This document shows, in pieces, positions 26,867 through 28,697 of a DNA stretch of 28,697 nt. Position 1 is the stretch's first letter; every line of letters begins with the position of its first letter. Under the pieces are notes generated by a model. It made no database searches and was not told the origin of the DNA. It was given only the letters and a program-made list of their open reading frames with translations. The translations under genes were made by a program, and so were the position numbers. Origin of the DNA: a virus (lineage: Duplodnaviria > Heunggongvirae > Uroviricota > Caudoviricetes). The stretch lies in IMG/VR virus record IMGVR_UViG_3300014204_000143; one strand, given 5' to 3'.

Positions 26867-27622
26867 ATGGCAATTTCTCAACCAATAAGTACGGATAACT
26901 TAAATAGTCCAGACCATTCATTATCTCATAGAGTTTTCGCCAATGACCCGTCTTCACCAGTAAAAACAGTTGCAGTTGATTCTTCTGGAAATACAACAGT
27001 TGGAGATGGCGGAATAACAAATTATACAAAATTTGGAGTTGATGGTTATCAAACGTTATACGGTGCAGCACAAGGATTATTAACACTACGTCCAAATTTA
27101 GTACAAAAAGCTAGTAAACAATTAGGAACTCCTACGGAAGTTTATAGGGGTTGTAATGTTGGTTATTCTTTTCCAGTTTGGAATAGTGATAATGAAGAAT
27201 TATATTTTAGATTAAGAGTTCCTTCTAGATGGGATGGTTCTACTGACCCACAACTCGGAATTATGTGTACAATAACAGAAGCAGAGGACGTTGGTGATAA
27301 ATTTAAGTTTCAACTTGAATGGCAGACAACTGTGTGTGGAGGAACTACTGTAATGGGGACGACTACATCAAGTTGTGTGAGCGAACAAACAATAATTTCT
27401 GGTGGGAGTGATGCAAACACGGCATACTGTTTATTTTTTAATTTAGATGCATCAGATGCTACAAATTCTATATTAATTGGAGATATGCTTCAGGGTAGAT
27501 TAAGAAGAATTGCCGCATCATCTAGTAGTGTAAGTAATGAAATTACTGTATGGGATTGGGTAAGTAGATGGAAAACAAATAAAGTTTTTGGAGTTTGGTC
27601 TGTAGAAACTAATGCTAGTTAA
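26867..27622 (+). CDS. Putative structural protein (beta-sandwich C-terminal domain)
   Basis: 251 aa, beta-rich (LYFRLRVPSRWDGSTDP...FKFQLEW), located between two Ser/Thr genes. Confidence 0.65.
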   Translation: MAISQPISTDNLNSPDHSLSHRVFANDPSSPVKTVAVDSSGNTTVGDGGITNYTKFGVDGYQTLYGAAQGLLTLRPNLVQKASKQLGTPTEVYRGCNVGYSFPVWNSDNEELYFRLRVPSRWDGSTDPQLGIMCTITEAEDVGDKFKFQLEWQTTVCGGTTVMGTTTSSCVSEQTIISGGSDANTAYCLFFNLDASDATNSILIGDMLQGRLRRIAASSSSVSNEITVWDWVSRWKTNKVFGVWSVETNAS

Positions 27623-27626
27623 ATAA

Positions 27627-28697
27627 ATGTCAAGAAAATTATACAATTCAGAAGATGCCACCTATGGAGATATTGATAATTATTATAATGGTGGAGAATT
27701 GGGTACATTAAGCATTGATTTGTGGAATGTAGTTTTTTCTGGAACAACAACATCTTCTACAAGTTCTAGTACTTCATCATCTACATCCTCTTCGACTTCT
27801 AGTTCTACATCTAGTTCAACTTCATCGTCAACAAGCAGTTCAACATCTTCAAGTACGTCTAGTTCAACGTCTAGTTCTACATCAAGTTCTACAAGTTCTT
27901 CGACTTCAAGTTCTACGTCTTCATCGACTAGTAGCTCAACGTCTAGTTCGACTTCAAGTTCTACGTCTTCATCAACTAGTAGTTCTACGTCTAGTTCGAC
28001 ATCAAGTTCTACGTCTTCATCGACTAGTAGCTCAACGTCTAGTTCGACATCAAGTTCTACGTCTTCATCGACTAGTAGTTCAACGTCTAGTTCTACATCA
28101 AGTTCTACAAGTTCTTCAACTTCAAGTTCAACGTCTTCATCAACAAGTAGTTCAACGTCTAGTTCTACTAGTAGCTCTACATCTTCATCAACTTCAAGTT
28201 CTACAAGTTCTTCGACTAGTAGTTCTACAAGTTCTTCAACTTCAAGTTCTACGTCTTCATCTACGAGCAGTTCTACTTCTTCATCGACTAGTAGTTCAAC
28301 TAGTTCTTCGACTTCAAGTTCTACGTCTTCATCTACGAGCAGTTCTACTTCTTCATCGACTAGTAGTTCAACTAGTTCTTCGACTTCAAGTTCTACGTCT
28401 TCATCAACAAGTAGTTCTACCAGTTCTTCAACCTCAAGTTCAACATCAAGCAGTACATCAAGTTCAACTTCATCATCTACTAGTTCTTCGACTTCAAGTT
28501 CTACGTCTAGTTCAACTTCATCGTCTACGAGTAGTTCAACTTCTTCGAGTACGTCTAGTTCAACAAGTAGCTCAACATCAAGTTCGACAAGTAGTTCTAC
28601 ATCTTCATCAACAAGTAGTTCTACTTCAAGTTCGACTTCAAGTTCAACCAGTTCTACCTCGTCATCGACTAGTAGTTCTACAAGTTCTAGTACGTCA
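27627..28697 (+). CDS. Third mucin-like protein, partial (runs off the window; not in the ORF track)
   Basis: ATG at 27627: MSRKLYNSEDATYGDIDNYYNGGELGTLSIDLWNVVFSG, then an open Ser/Thr frame to the window end. Confidence 0.8.
   Translation, partial: MSRKLYNSEDATYGDIDNYYNGGELGTLSIDLWNVVFSGTTTSSTSSSTSSSTSSSTSSSTSSSTSSSTSSSTSSSTSSSTSSSTSSSTSSSTSSSTSSSTSSSTSSSTSSSTSSSTSSSTSSSTSSSTSSSTSSSTSSSTSSSTSSSTSSSTSSSTSSSTSSSTSSSTSSSTSSSTSSSTSSSTSSSTSSSTSSSTSSSTSSSTSSSTSSSTSSSTSSSTSSSTSSSTSSSTSSSTSSSTSSSTSSSTSSSTSSSTSSSTSSSTSSSTSSSTSSSTSSSTSSSTSSSTSSSTSSSTSSSTSSSTSSSTSSSTSSSTSSSTSSSTSSSTSSSTSSSTSSSTSSTSSSTSSSTSSSTS
27744..28697 (+). repeat. (TSSS)n coding repeat 3, at least 318 codons
   Basis: Ser/Thr codons continue in frame to the last base. 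Confidence 0.95.

Noticed and set aside
1-28697. Alternative genetic code (TGA or TAG recoding)
   Set aside because: Long genes are intact under code 11 and TAG ends several clear genes. TGA scarcity in core genes needs no recoding.
27744-28697. Ser/Thr tracts as assembly artefacts
   Set aside because: They keep frame, use varied synonymous codons and have coherent protein boundaries. Exact lengths still need long-read confirmation.

Overview
AT-rich fragment of a tailed dsDNA phage (Caudoviricetes, probably podovirus-like; no tape measure is visible in the window). The left end holds leftward early genes and a repeat-rich, strand-skewed non-coding region of about 1.1 kb. Rightward genes follow: HU-like protein, a cassette of five Cys-rich or small proteins with foreign-looking translation signals, a papain-like (C1) peptidase with two small membrane proteins, terS, terL, a portal interrupted by a LAGLIDADG intein, scaffold and major capsid protein. 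The standout feature is in the structural region. Three putative virion genes carry very long codon-diversified (Thr-Ser-Ser-Ser)n tracts of 95, 344 and >318 residues. They flank a cluster of GT2-methyltransferase, GT2, truncated GT2 and a methyltransferase-kinase with the domain order of the glycan chain terminator WbdD. My leading hypothesis is a phage-encoded O-glycosylation system that builds capped glycans on mucin-like virion fibres. A conserved 21-bp extended -10 motif marks probable late promoters, and DnaA boxes sit next to sigma70-type promoters. All family assignments come from motif recognition by eye; no searches were run.
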